Assembly (NCBI RefSeq): GCF_046119375.1
Contig: NW_027362761.1
Span: 536,858,001-536,922,000 of the forward strand
Direction: 5' to 3'
DNA length: 64,000 nucleotides
From: Phyllobates terribilis
Lineage: Eukaryota
A program made the translations under genes and the position numbers. Shown piece after piece: positions 1-13,101 of the stretch. The notes beneath the pieces are model-generated. The model did not search any database. It was not told the DNA's origin and saw only the letters and a list, made by a program, of their open reading frames with translations. How positions within the stretch are numbered: the stretch's first letter is position 1; every line of letters starts with the position of its first letter.

Positions 1-113
1 ATGTGACCGCCCTGGGCACAGACCGGGTCCGGGCCACGACTGCAACCCCGAGACACCTACACTGACCCGGCTCCGAGTAACCCCATTTCCCAGGGAGGGC
101 TGAGAGCATCACA
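1..113 (+). mobile_element. 3' end of solo LTR, family A (cut by window start)
   Basis: Matches 5867-5979; ends ...GCATCACA followed by CAGG. Confidence 0.9.
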
Positions 114-288
114 CAGGCTGCATGTATGTACAGTCATGGAGGGTGCAGGCTGCATGGATGCACAGTGATGGAGAGTGCAGGCTGCATGTATGCACAGTGA
201 TGGACGGTGCAGGCTGCATGTATGTACAGTGATGGAGGGTGCAGGCTGCATGTGTGCACAGTGATGGAGGGTGCCGACTACATGTATG

Positions 289-1352
289 TGTGGCACCCCA
301 GGGGTCTGGTTTCCACAGTAACAAGCAATGTTATGTCTGAGAGCAGGTGGGAGGTCTCTTGGTCAGGGATCCTGTGCATGCCACACCTCCTGCCCAGTCC
401 TGGGAGGGGAAGGACTTCCCCTAGAAAAACCTGGGGCTGAGGCAGAGTTAGTGAGTTCAGAGGGAGAGTGGAGCCAGGAGGGCTGACAGGGAGCTGTGGC
501 TCCGGCTGGGCCCAGCTCCTGGGCCCTGCCAGAAGTAGAGACAGAGAAGCAGCATAGGAAGAAACAACAGGAGCTCTGTGGGAGCAGTGTTACAAGGAGT
601 CAGGGGCTGGCAGCTGCAGAGCTCGCCCTGACTGAGAAGATTTCTTACCGGACCCGGAGTCCGAGGCTGTGGGGACTAACTCCTACCCAGCAGCAGAATC
701 CGTCAGGCAGGGGATTTCAGGTCCTCTGGCCAAGAAGCCCGAAGGCACGGTCACACGCATGGGACCAGCACCGCCGTCGTGGAGCGGAAGCTACTAGAAG
801 GCCCCGAGTCACCGGCCATACGGGTGAGCACCACACGGTACACTCAGGGACGTGGGCTACTTATACCGCCTCTAGCAAGGTAGCCAGAAGAGTACAGTTA
901 GTTTGGGAGGCCTACAACTCCGCCTGGCCAGGGGAGATCCCATCTGCTCAAGGACTGACCAGGCCCCAATCGCTAGCCAGTACTCCGGGAGGGTCTATCG
1001 TTGTCACCAGTAAAGACCCTGAACTACACCGTACCGTCTCTGAGTGGTTCCTGCTACCCCCATCATCCACGTCGGCTGCCCTGAGGCCATACCCCTCCCG
1101 TTGGGGGTTATACCATCTACGTTGCACTATCCTACCACCGGTCTCAGCGGTCTGCCCTGCAGCGGCAGCTCCATAGCTGCATTCAACGGGTGGCTTAGTC
1201 GTCCTACATCTACTGCTAAAACAGCGCCACTTAGTCTGACTCCCTGGGCACGGACCGGATCACCGCCACGAGACTACAACCCTCAAGAGATCCGGCTCCG
1301 GGTAAGCTCCCGCGTGCGCAACGCAGCGCGACACAGGCCCAGGGGCGCATCA
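289..1352 (+). mobile_element. Solo LTR, family B (1064 bp), Gypsy-type
   Basis: TGTGGCACCCC...GCGCATCA with 4-bp TSD TATG (285-288 / 1353-1356); near-identical to the paired LTRs at 6155 and 8584. Confidence 0.93.
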
Positions 1353-4300
1353 TATGCACAGTGATGGAGGATGCAGGCTGCATGTATGCACAGTGATGGA
1401 GGGTGCAAGCTGCATCTATGCACAGTGATGGACGGTGCAGGCTGCATGTATGTACAGTGATGGAGAGTTAAGGCTGCATGCATGCACAGTGATGGAGGGT
1501 GCAGGCTGCATGTATGTACAGTCATGGAGGGTGCAGGCTGCATGTATGCACAGTGATGGACGGTGCAGGCTGCATGTATGCACAGTGATGGAGGGTGCAG
1601 GCTGCATGTGTGCACAGTGATGTAGGCTGCAAGTTGTATGTATGCACAGTGATGGAGGCTGCATGTATGCACAGTGATGGAGGCTGCAGGCTGCATGTAT
1701 GCACAGTGCTGGAGGCTGCAGGCTGCATGTATGCACAGTGATGGAGGCTGCATGTATGCACAGTGATGGAGGGCGCAGGCGGCATGTGTGCACAGTGATG
1801 GAGGGTGCAGGCTGCATGTGTGCACAGTGATGGAGGGTGCAGGCTGCATGTGTGCACAGTGATGGAGGCTGCATGTATGTACAGTGATGGAGGATGCAGG
1901 CTGCATGTGTGCACAGTGATGGAGGGTGCATGTATGCACAGTGATGGAGGCTGCATGTATGTACAGTGATGGAGGATGCAGGCTGCATGTGTGCACAGTG
2001 ATGGGGGATGCAGGCTGCATGTGTGCACAGTGATGGAGGCTGCATGTAGGTACAGTGATGGAGGGTGCTGGTTGCATGTGTGCACAGTGATGGACGGTTT
2101 AGGCTGCATTTATGTACAGTGATGGAGGGTGCAGGCTGCATGTGTGCACAGTGATGGAGGGTGCAGGCTGCATTTATGTACAGTGATGGAGGGTGCAGGC
2201 TGCATGTATGCACAGTGATGGAGGGTGCAAACTGCATGTATGCACAGTGATGGAGGGTGCAAGTTGCATGTATGCACAGTGAAGGAGGGTGCATGTATGC
2301 ACAGTGATGGAGGGTGCAGGCTGCATGTACGTACAGTGATGGACGATGCATGTATGCACAGTGATGAATGCTGCATATATGTACAGTGATGAAGGGTGCA
2401 GGCTGCATGTATGCACAGTGATGGTGGGTGCAGACTGCATGTATGCACCGTGATGGAGGGTGCATGTATACTCAGTGATGAAGGGTGCAGGCTGCATGTA
2501 TGCACAGTGATGGAGGGTGCAGGCTGCATGTATGCACCGTGATGGAGGGTGCAAGTTGCATGTATGCATAGTGATGCCGGCTGCATGTATGCGCAGTGAT
2601 GGAGGCTGCAGGCTGCATGTATGCACAGTGATGGAGGGTGCAGGCTACATGTATGCACAGTGATGGAGGGTGCCGACTACATGTATGCACAGTGATGGAG
2701 GGTGCAAGTTGCATGTATGCACAGTGATGGAGGCTGCATGTATGCACAGTGATGAAGGGTGCAGGCTGCATGTAGGTACAGTGATGGAGGGTGCTGGCTG
2801 CATGTGTGGACAGTGATGGAGGGTGCAGGCTGCATTTATGTACAGTGATGGAGGGTGCAGGCTGCATGTATGCACAGTGATGGAGGGTGCAGGCTGCATG
2901 TATGCACAGTGATGGAGGGTGCAAGTTGCATGTATGCACAGTGATGGAGGGTGCATGTATGCAAAGTGATGGAGGGTGCAGGCTGCATGTATGTACAGTG
3001 ATGGAGGGTGCATGTATGCACAGTGATGAATGCTTCATGTATGTACAGTGATGAAGAGTGCAGGCTGCATGTATGCACATTGATGGAGGGTGCAGACTGC
3101 ATGTATGCACCGTGATGGAGGGTGCATGTATGCTCAGTGATGAAGGGTGCAGGCTGCATGTATGCACAGTGATGGAGGGTGCAGACTGCATGTATGCACC
3201 GTGATGGAGGGTGCATGTATGCTCAGTGATGAAGGGTGCAGGCTGCATGTATGCAACGTGATGGAGGGTGCAAGCTGCATGTATTCACAGTGATGGAGGG
3301 TGCAAGTTGCATGTATGCACAGTGATGGAGGGTGCAGGCTGCATGTATGCACAGAGATGGATGGTGCAGGCTGCATGTATGTGACTCGACCCCTGGGCCG
3401 TGGGGTACCCGGAACCGGGCTTCTTTGCATAGTGATGCAGGCTGCGTGTATGCATAGTGATGGAGGCTGCAGGCTGCATGTATGCACAGTAATGGAGGGT
3501 GCAGGCTACATGTATGCACAGTGATGTAGGGTGCCGACTACATGTATGCACAGCGATGGGGGTTGCTGGCTACATGTATGCACAGTGATGGAGGGTGCAA
3601 GTTGCATGTATGCACAGTGATGGAGGGTGCTGGCTGCATGTATGCACAGTGATGGAGGGTGCAGGCTGCATGTATGCACAGTAATGGAGGCTGCAGGCTG
3701 TATGTATGCACAGTGATGGAGGGTGCAGGCTGCATGTGTGCACAGTGCTGGAGGCTGCAGGCTGCATGTATGCACAGTGACGGAGGCTGCAGGCTGCATG
3801 TATGTACAGTGATGGAGGGTGCAGGCTGCATGTATGCACGGTGATGGAGGGTGCAAGCTGCATGTATGCACGGTGATGGAGGGTGCAGGCTGCATGTAGG
3901 TACAGTGATGGACGGTGCAGGCTGCATGTATGTACAGTGATGGAGGCTGCAGGCTGCATGTATGCACAGTGCTGGAGGCTACAGGCTGCATGTATGCACA
4001 GTGACGGAGGCTGCAGGCTGCATGTATGCACAGTGATGGAGGCTGCAGGCTGCATGTGTGCACAGTGATGGAGGGTGCAAGTTGCATGTATGCACAGTGA
4101 TGGAGGGTGCAGGCAGTATGTGTGCACAGTGATGGAGGGTGCAGGCTGCATGTGTGCACAGTGATGGAGGGTGCAGGCGGTATGTGTGCACAGTGATGGA
4201 GGGTGCAGGCTGCATGTGTGCACAGTGATGGAGGGTGCTGGCTGCATGTATGCACAGTGATGGAGGGTGCTGGCTGCATGTATGCACAGTAATGGAGGGT

Positions 4301-4707
4301 GCAGGCTGCATGTATGCACAGTGATGGAGGGTGCAGGCTGCATGTATGCACAGTGATGGAGGGTGCAGGCTGCATGTATGCACAGTGATGGAGGGTGCAG
4401 GCTGCATGTATGCACAGTAATGGAGGGTGCAGACTGCATGTATGCACAGTGATGGAGGCTGCATGCGTGCACAGTGATGGAGGGTGCATGTATGCACAGT
4501 GATGGAGGGTGCTGGCTGCATGTATGCACAGTGATGGAGGGTGCTGGCTGCATGTATGCACAGTGATGGAGGGTGCAGGCTGCATGTATGCACAGTGATG
4601 GAGGGTGCAGGCTGCATGTATGCACAGTGATGGAGGGTGCAGGCTGCATGTATGCACAATGATGGAGGGTGCAGTCTGCATGTATGTACAGTGATGGAGG
4701 GTGCAGG

Positions 4708-5979
4708 TGTGGCGCCCCTGAGGGTTCAGTCGCCACAGGGGTACTGCACCTCAGCTTGAGGTGTGGTATCTCCTCTTCCAGGTAAGGATGGAGCACTTCT
4801 CAGGACCCTACTTCACCATTCAACACTACACCACTCCTGTCCTGTAGGGGGCCTAAATGCACTAGGGTGCTGCCCCGGCCCGGGATATAGGAGATGGGGG
4901 GGGGGAAACAAAGATAGGGGGAACCATGTAGTGGGTGAGGGTGGAGAACACACTTTTAGGTTACACTTATTCATTCATATTTAATCTACAGCCATCTTAG
5001 GTTCAAGGTCTTTGATTGTGATCTTCATCGCTGATTGTGGCCTTCTGCTAGAACTTGCAGCCTATTGAAGATACACGATCCTCGTTCTCTGGCCTTGAGG
5101 CGAGGAGCGGGTCAGAGTTACCCACTGCCTCTACCCGGTCAAGGTCCCTACCTAAGAAGGCCTGGAGGGGAGCAGAGGAGACAAGCTCCACAGGCAAAAG
5201 GATCCCTGGGGGATATGGACGGAGCGGCATACGCCACCTGTATTTCTTACTCTGGCCTAGTCAGAGGGACTCCTGGTGCAAGAGGGGTGACCGGCCCCCG
5301 ATATCTGACTCTGTTACTTCACGTCTCAGTCAGAAAAGCCCGGAGGCTTAGTGGATCCCAGGAGGGATATGGACGGAGCGGCATACGCCACCTGTAACTC
5401 TCTACCTGCGTTTATCTAGTGCGACCCGGCCTTACACCTAGTTCTAACCACACATACAGTCAGGAGAAGACTTAGTGGGAGAACTCACCAAGGAGAGGAA
5501 CACACACCAGAGGGGTCTCGACAGGTGCTCCTGATCTACCTGGAAAGTGCTGGACCCCCTTCCTGGTGGCCGCAGTACGCCGCAAGGAGCAGAGGGAAAC
5601 TTTGCGGCTAAAGTACATCTGAATGTGAGTAAAAACCCGGATGACTTCACACCCCGCTTCAGCCTGTTATTTCCTGCGCGGCACTGCACCCACCACTCTT
5701 TCTCACAATGCCCTGAGGCCTGCTCTGCCTGCGGGGAGCCGTCCCATCTATACTGCCTTTAACACCGGCCTCAGTGGACTGAAGCAGCGCTGGTGTCCAT
5801 CACCGGAAACCGTAGGTGGCGTAGTCAGAAAATACCACTAAACCCTGAAAGCCCATTAAATCTTTTATGTGACCGCCCTGGGCACAGACCGGGTCCGGGC
5901 CACGACTGCAACCCCGAGACACCTACACTGACCCGGCTCCGAGTAACCCCATTTCCCAGGGAGGGCTGAGAGCATCACA
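4708..5979 (+). mobile_element. Solo LTR, family A (1272 bp), Gypsy-type
   Basis: TGTGGCGCCCC...CATCACA with 4-bp TSD CAGG (4704-4707 / 5980-5983); related to the LTRs of the 54550-59053 element. Confidence 0.92.
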
Positions 5980-7223
5980 CAGGCTGCATGTATGTACAGT
6001 CATGGAGGGTGCAGGCTGCATGGATGCACAGTGATGGAGGGTGCAGGCTGCATGTATGCACAGTGATGGACGGTGCAGGCTGCATGTATGTACAGTGATG
6101 GAGGGTGCAGGCTGCATGTGTGCACAGTGATGGAGGGTGCCGACTACATGTATGTGTGGCACCCCAGGGGTCTGGTTTCCACAGTAACAAGCAATGTTAT
6201 GTCTGAGAGCAGGTGGGAGGTCTCTTGGTCAGGGATCCTGTGCATGCCACACCTCCTGCCCAGTCCTGGGAGGGGAAGGACTTCCCCTAGAAAAACCTGG
6301 GGCTGAGGCAGAGTTAGTGAGTTCAGAGGGAGAGTGGAGCCAGGAGGGCTGACAGGGAGCTGTGGCTCCGGCTGGGCCCAGCTCCTGGGCCCTGCCAGAA
6401 GTAGAGACAGAGAAGCAGCATAGGAAGAAACAACAGGAGCTCTGTGGGAGCAGTGTTACAAGGAGTCAGGGGCTGGCAGCTGCAGAGCTCGCCCTGACTG
6501 AGAAGATTTCTTACCGGACCCGGAGTCCGAGGCTGTGGGGACTAACTCCTACCCAGCAGCAGAATCCGTCAGGCAGGGGATTTCAGGTCCTCTGGCCAAG
6601 AAGCCCGAAGGCACGGTCACACGCATGGGACCAGCACCGCCGTCGTGGAGCGGAAGCTACTAGAAGGCCCCGAGTCACCGGCCATACGGGTGAGCACCAC
6701 ACGGTACACTCAGGGACGTGGGCTACTTATACCGCCTCTAGCAAGGTAGCCAGAAGAGTACAGTTAGTTTGGGAGGCCTACAACTCCGCCTGGCCAGGGG
6801 AGATCCCATCTGCTCAAGGACTGACCAGGCCCCAATCGCTAGCCAGTACTCCGGGAGGGTCTATCGTTGTCACCAGTAAAGACCCTGAACTACACCGTAC
6901 CGTCTCTGAGTGGTTCCTGCTACCCCCATCATCCACGTCGGCTGCCCTGAGGCCATACCCCTCCCGTTGGGGGTTATACCATCTACGCTGCACTATCCTA
7001 CCACCGGCCTCAGCGGTCTGCCCTGCAGCGGCAGCTCCATAGCTGCATTCAACGGGTGGCGTAGTCGTCCTACATCTACTGCTAAAACAGCGCCACTTAG
7101 TCTGACTCCCTGGGCACGGACCGGATCACCGCCACGAGACTACAACCCTCAAGAGATCCGGCTCCGGGTAAGCTCCCGCGTGCGCAACGCAGCGCGACAC
7201 AGGCCCAGGGGCGCGTCAACTTT

Positions 7224-7242
7224 TGGCGTAGTCGGCAGGATT
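7224..7242 (+). promoter_or_regulatory. Primer binding site, tRNA-Ser
   Basis: TGGCGTAGTCGGCAGGATT is the reverse complement of the vertebrate tRNA-Ser 3' end (AATCCTGCCGACTACGCCA), 5 nt after the LTR. Confidence 0.92.
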
Positions 7243-7659
7243 TCGTGCCCGCAACCACCGGGTACTGCGTGCCTGAAAAAGACTGTTCAAACTTACCAGT
7301 GGTGAAGATTCCCGCCATCCGGCGCCATCTTCTACATTCTTCCCGCCATCCGCGAAGTTTTCCCGCCATCCGGCGCCATCTTCGACCTTCTTCCCGCCAT
7401 CCGTGGAGGTTTCCCGCCATTGGACGCCATCTTGAGGACGCCGCGCGGGAAGAAGAGGGGCGTGGACTCCGAAAGCGCGCGAGAACTGAAGTCCCGCCTC
7501 ACGTCCGGACGTTGCGTAAGGTCCTGGAAGGAGCCCAGCAGACGCCGACGTCACAGGAGCGCGACGGAAGGTCCTCAACCCTGACGATCCACTGCGGAGC
7601 CGCGGCCTACGGAAGAGGATCATCGCAAGGTAGGCCACGGTCCACTAGGGGGGAGAAGG

Positions 7660-8061
7660 ATGTCGGATACGGAGGAGAGCTTCACCGCTTCAACCCCCGC
7701 CAGCGCCACCGCTGTTGCGGTCATGCCTTTCACCATGCCCTATATCCCGGGGGCAGCCTGGCTACCCCAGTACTCAGGGGAGTCACATACCCTGCATGAC
7801 TTTAGAGAAAAGCTGGATAGCCTCTTCCAGGTGTACCCCCTCACAGAGGAGCAAAAAGTGAGCATCCTGGTGGCCCAATTAACCGGGGCAGCCCAAAGGG
7901 AGGTAAAGCCCTGGCCACCTGGGAGGAGGACTGTCGCAGAGATACTAACCCAGCTAACCGAGGAGGAGCTGCAGTACTACCAATACGAGGAAAGCCAAGA
8001 GGACCCGGACGGGTCTGAGGACTACCCTCAGGAGGGAGCACAAAGAGGACATAGCTACTGA
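7660..8061 (+). pseudogene. gag: Truncated gag (N-terminal ~100 aa) fused in frame to an unrelated acidic tail
   Basis: MPFTMPYIPGAAWLPQYSGESHTL...EEQKVSIL...GAAQREVK aligns with the gag at 61884; similarity ends near 7955. Confidence 0.85.
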
Positions 8062-11000
8062 AGGGAAGTAGCATGAATAAAGAGCTGTAAATAGTTACCC
8101 GTAAGGGTACAAGAACTGCTGCTAATTAAAATATGGTCCCCGTTGGGACTAGTGTGGAACTGTTTGAAAGAACTGTTTCCTGTGTGTCCCTATCCCTTAA
8201 CAGGCTGAGGACTGTGAACAGCCATTCCTTATCCCCACTGGCCGAGGACTGAGAGCGGCCATATCCTGTAAATAATTATGTGTTTCTAGTAATTTATGGG
8301 AGTCTTTGGTGGATTTACCGGGAATCCTTTGTACATAGTTGGAGCGTAACCCAGGACGGACTAAAGACTGTTAAGGACTCGGGGCAGGACAGACCCCTAC
8401 CTGGTTACGTCTCCCTGTTTTGGTGAAATGGACACCTTGCATTTCTTCAAAAACTGCACCCGGTTGCGGACACGCCGTGACCATCATAATGTGTTTTTCT
8501 TTGTTATGCTGTTTTTGTTTATAACTTGTTTTGTTTACAAAAATATGTTTAGTCCCGGAGTACTAAATTTCACTAGGGGGGAATGTGGCACCCCAGGGGT
8601 CTGGTTTCCACAGTAACAAGCAATGTTATGTCTGAGAGCAGGTGGGAGGTCTCTTGGTCAGGGATCCTGTGCATGCCACACCTCCTGCCCAGTCCTGGGA
8701 GGGGAAGGACTTCCCCTAGAAAAACCTGGGGCTGAGGCAGAGTTAGTGAGTTCAGAGGGAGAGTGGAGCCAGGAGGGCTGACAGGGAGCTGTGGCTCCGG
8801 CTGGGCCCAGCTCCTGGGCCCTGCCAGAAGTAGAGACAGAGAAGCAGCATAGGAAGAAACAACAGGAGCTCTGTGGGAGCAGTGTTACAAGGAGTCAGGG
8901 GCTGGCAGCTGCAAAGCTCGCCCTGACTGAGAAGATTTCTTACCGGACCCGGAGTCCGAGGCTGTGGGGACTAACTCCTACCCAGCAGCAGAATCCGTCA
9001 GGCAGGGGATTTCAGGTCCTCTGGCCAAGAAGCCCGAAGGCACGGTCACACGCATGGGACCAGCACCGCCGTCGTGGAGCGGAAGCTACTAGAAGGCCCC
9101 GAGTCACCGGCCATACGGGTGAGCACCACACGGTACACTCAGGGACGTGGGCTACTTATACCGCCTCTAGCAAGGTAGCCAGAAGAGTACAGTTAGTTTG
9201 GGAGGCCTACAACTCCGCCTGGCCAGGGGAGATCCCATCTTCTCAAGGACTGACTAGGCCCCAATCGCTAGCCAGTACTCCGGGAGGGTCTATCGTTGTC
9301 ACCAGTAAAGACCCTGAACTACACCGTACCGTCTCTGAGTGGTTCCTGCTACCCCCATCATCCACGTCGGCTGCCCTGAGGCCATACCCCTCCCGTTGGG
9401 GGTTATACCATCTACGCTGCACTATCCTACCACCGGCCTCAGCGGTCTGCCCTGCAGCGGCAGCTCCATAGCTGCATTCAACGGGTGGCGTAGTCGTCCT
9501 ACATCTACTGCTAAAACAGCGCCACTTAGTCTGACTCCCTGGGCACGGACCGGATCACCGCCACGAGACTACAACCCTCAAGAGATCCGGCTCCGGGTAA
9601 GCTCCCGCGTGCGCAACGCAGCGCGACACAGGCCCAGGGGCGCGTCATATGCACAGTGATGGAGGATGCAGGCTGCATGTATGCACAGTGATGGAGGGTG
9701 CAAGCTGCATGTATGCACAGTGATGGACGGTGCAGGCTGCATGTATGTACAGTGATGGAGAGTTAAGGCTGCATGCATGCACAGTGATGGAGGGTGCAGG
9801 CTGCATGTATGTACAGTCATGGAGGGTGCAGGCTGCATGTATGCACAGTGATGGACGGTGCAGGCTGCATGTATGTACAGTCATGGAGGGTGCACAGTGA
9901 TGGAGGGTGCAGGCTGCATGTGTGCACAGTGATGGAGGCTGCAAGTTGTATGTATGCACAGTGATGGAGGCTGCATGTATGCACAGTGATGGAGGCTGCA
10001 GGCTGCATGTATGCACAGTGCTGGAGGCTGCAGGCTGCATGTATGCACAGTGATGGAGGCTGCATGTATGCACAGTGATGGAGGGCGCAGGCGGCATGTG
10101 TGCACAGTGATGGAGGGTGCAGGCTGCATGTGTGCACAGTGATGGAGGGTGCAGGCTGCATGTGTGCACAGTGATGGAGGGTGCATGTATGCACAGTGAT
10201 GGAGGCTGCATGTATGTACAGTGATGGAGGATGCAGGCTGCATGTGTGCACAGTGATGGGGGATGCAGGCTGCATGTGTGCACAGTGATGGAGGGTGCAT
10301 GTATGCACAGTGATGGAGGCTGCATGTATGTACAGTGATGGAGGATGCAGGCTGCATGTGTGCACAGTGATGGGGGATGCAGGCTGCATGTGTGCACAGT
10401 GATGGAGGCTGCATGTAGGTACAGTGATGGAGGGTGCTGGTTGCATGTGTGCACAGTGATGGAGGGTTTAGGCTGCATTTATGTACAGTGATGGAGGGTG
10501 CAGGCTGCATGTGTGCACAGTGATGGAGGGTGCAGGCTGCATTTATGTACAGTGATGGAGGGTGCAGGCTGCATGTATGCACAGTGATGGAGGGTGCAGA
10601 CTGCATGTATGCACAGTGATGGAGGGTGCAAGTTGCATGTATGCACAGTGAAGGAGGGTGCATGTATGCACAGTGATGGAGGGTGCAGGCTGCATGTACG
10701 TACAGTGATGGACGATGCATGTATGCACAGTGATGAATGCTGCATATATGTACAGTGATGAAGGGTGCAGGCTGCATGTATGCACAGTGATGGTGGGTGC
10801 AGACTGCATGTATGCACCGTGATGGAGGGTGCATGTATGCTCAGTGATGAAGGGTGCAGGCTGCATGTATGCACAGTGATGGAGGGTGCAGGCTGCATGT
10901 ATGCACCGTGATGGAGGGTGCAAGTTGCATGTATGCATAGTGATGCCGGCTGCATGTATGCGCAGTGATGGAGGCTGCAGGCTGCATGTATGCACAGTGA

Positions 11001-13101
11001 TGGAGGGTGCAGGCTACATGTATGCACAGTGATGGAGGGTGCCGACTACATGTATGCACAGTGATGGAGGGTGCAAGTTGCATGTATGCACAGTGATGGA
11101 GGCTGCATGTATGCACAGTGATGAAGGGTGCAGGCTGCACGTAGGTACAGTGATGGAGGGTGCTGGCTGCATGTGTGGACAGTGATGGAGGGTGCAGGCT
11201 GCATTTATGTACAGTGATGGAGGGTGCAGGCTGCATGTATGCACAGTGATGGAGGGTGCAGGCTGCATGTATGCACAGTGATGGAGGGTGCAAGTTGCAT
11301 GTATGCACAGTGATGGAGGGTGCATGTATGCAAAGTGATGGAGGGTGCAGGCTGCATGTATGTACAGTGATGGAGGGTGCATGTATGTACAGTGATGAAT
11401 GCTTCATGTATGTACAGTGATGAAGGGTGCAGGCTGCATGTATGCACATTGATGGAGGGTGCAGACTGCATGTATGCACCGTGATGGAGGGTGCATGTAT
11501 GCTCAGTGATGAAGGGTGCAGGCTGCATGTATGCACAGTGATGGAGGGTGCAGACTGCATGTATGCACCGTGATGGAGGGTGCATGTATGCTCAGTGATG
11601 AAGGGTGCAGGCTGCATGTATGCACCGTGATGGAGGGTGCAAGCTGCATGTATTCACAGTGATGGAGGGTGCAAGTTGCATGTATGCACAGTGATGGAGG
11701 GTGCAGGCTGCATGTATGCACAGAGATGGATGGTGCAGGCTGCAAGTATGTGACTCGACCCCTGGGCCGTGGGGTACCCGGAACCGGGCTTCTGTGCATA
11801 GTGATGCAGGCTGCGTGTATGCATAGTGATGGAGGCTGCAGGCTGCATGTATGCACAGTAATGGAGGGTGCAGGCTACATGTATGCACAGTGATGTAGGG
11901 TGCCGACTACATGTATGCACAGTGATGGAGGCTGCATGTATGCACAGTGATGGAGGGTGCCGACTACATGTATGCACAGCGATGGGGGTTGCTGGCTACA
12001 TGTATGCACAGTGATGGAGGGTGCAAGTTGCATGTATGCACAGTGATGGAGGGTGCTGGCTGCATGTATGCACAGTGATGGAGGCTGCAGGCTGTATGTA
12101 TGCACAGTGCTGGAGGCTGCAGGCTGCATGTATGCACAGTGACGGAGGCTGCAGGCTGCATGTATGTACAGTGATGGAGGGTGCAGGCTGCATGTATGCA
12201 CGGTGATGGAGGGTGCAAGCTGCATGTATGCACGGTGATGGAGGGTGCAGGCTGCATGTACGTACAGTGATGGACGGTGCAGGCTGCATGTATGTACAGT
12301 GATGGAGGCTGCAGGCTGCATGTATGCACAGTGCTGGAGGCTACAGGCTGCATGTATGCACAGTGACGGAGGCTGCAGGCTGCATGTATGCACAGTGATG
12401 GAGGCTGCAGGCTGCATGTGTGCACAGTGATGGAGGGTGCAAGTTGCATGTATGCACAGTGATGGAGGGTGCAGGCGATATGTGTGCACAGTGATGGAGG
12501 GTGCAGGCTGCATGTGTGCACAGTGATGGAGGGTGCAGGCGGTATGTGTGCACAGTGATGGAGGGTGCAGGCTGCATGTGTGCACAGTGATGGAGGGTGC
12601 TGGCTGCATGTATGCACAGTGATGGAGGGTGCTGGCTGCATGTATGCACAGTGATGGAGGGTGCAGGCTGCATGTATGCACAGTGATGGAGGGTGCAGGC
12701 TGCATGTATGCACAGTGATGGAGGGTGCAGGCTGCATGTATGCACAGTGATGGAGGGTGCAGGCTGCATGTATGCACAGTAATGGAGGGTGCAGACTGCA
12801 TGTATGCACAGTGATGGAGGCTGCATGCGTGCACAGTGATGGAGGGTGCATGTATGCACAGTGATGGAGGGTGCAGGCTGCATGTATGCACAGTGATGGA
12901 GGGTGCTGGCTGCATGTATGCACAGTGATGGAGGGTGCTGGCTGCATGTATGCACAGTGATGGAGGGTGCAGGCTGCATGTATGCACAGTGATGGAGGGT
13001 GCAGGCTGCATGTATGCACAGTGATGGAGGGTGCAGGCTGCATGTATGCACAGTGATGGAGGGTGCAGGCTGCATGTATGTACAGTGATGGAGGGTGCAG
13101 G

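Larger units (their letters stand above)
6155..9647 (+). mobile_element. Non-autonomous (internally deleted) Gypsy LTR retrotransposon: LTR-B 6155-7218, 1365-bp internal region, LTR-B 8584-9647
   Basis: Two 1064-bp LTRs (I noticed only three substitutions), TATG TSD, tRNA-Ser PBS, PPT (CACTAGGGGGGAA, ~8571-8583), gag N-terminal remnant, no pol. Confidence 0.95.

Noticed and set aside
496-1364. 226-aa and 106-131-aa ORFs recurring at 496, 6362, 8791 and 14756
   Set aside because: They lie inside LTR-B, begin at a GTG in GC-rich sequence and show no recognisable domain; recurrence only reflects LTR copy number.
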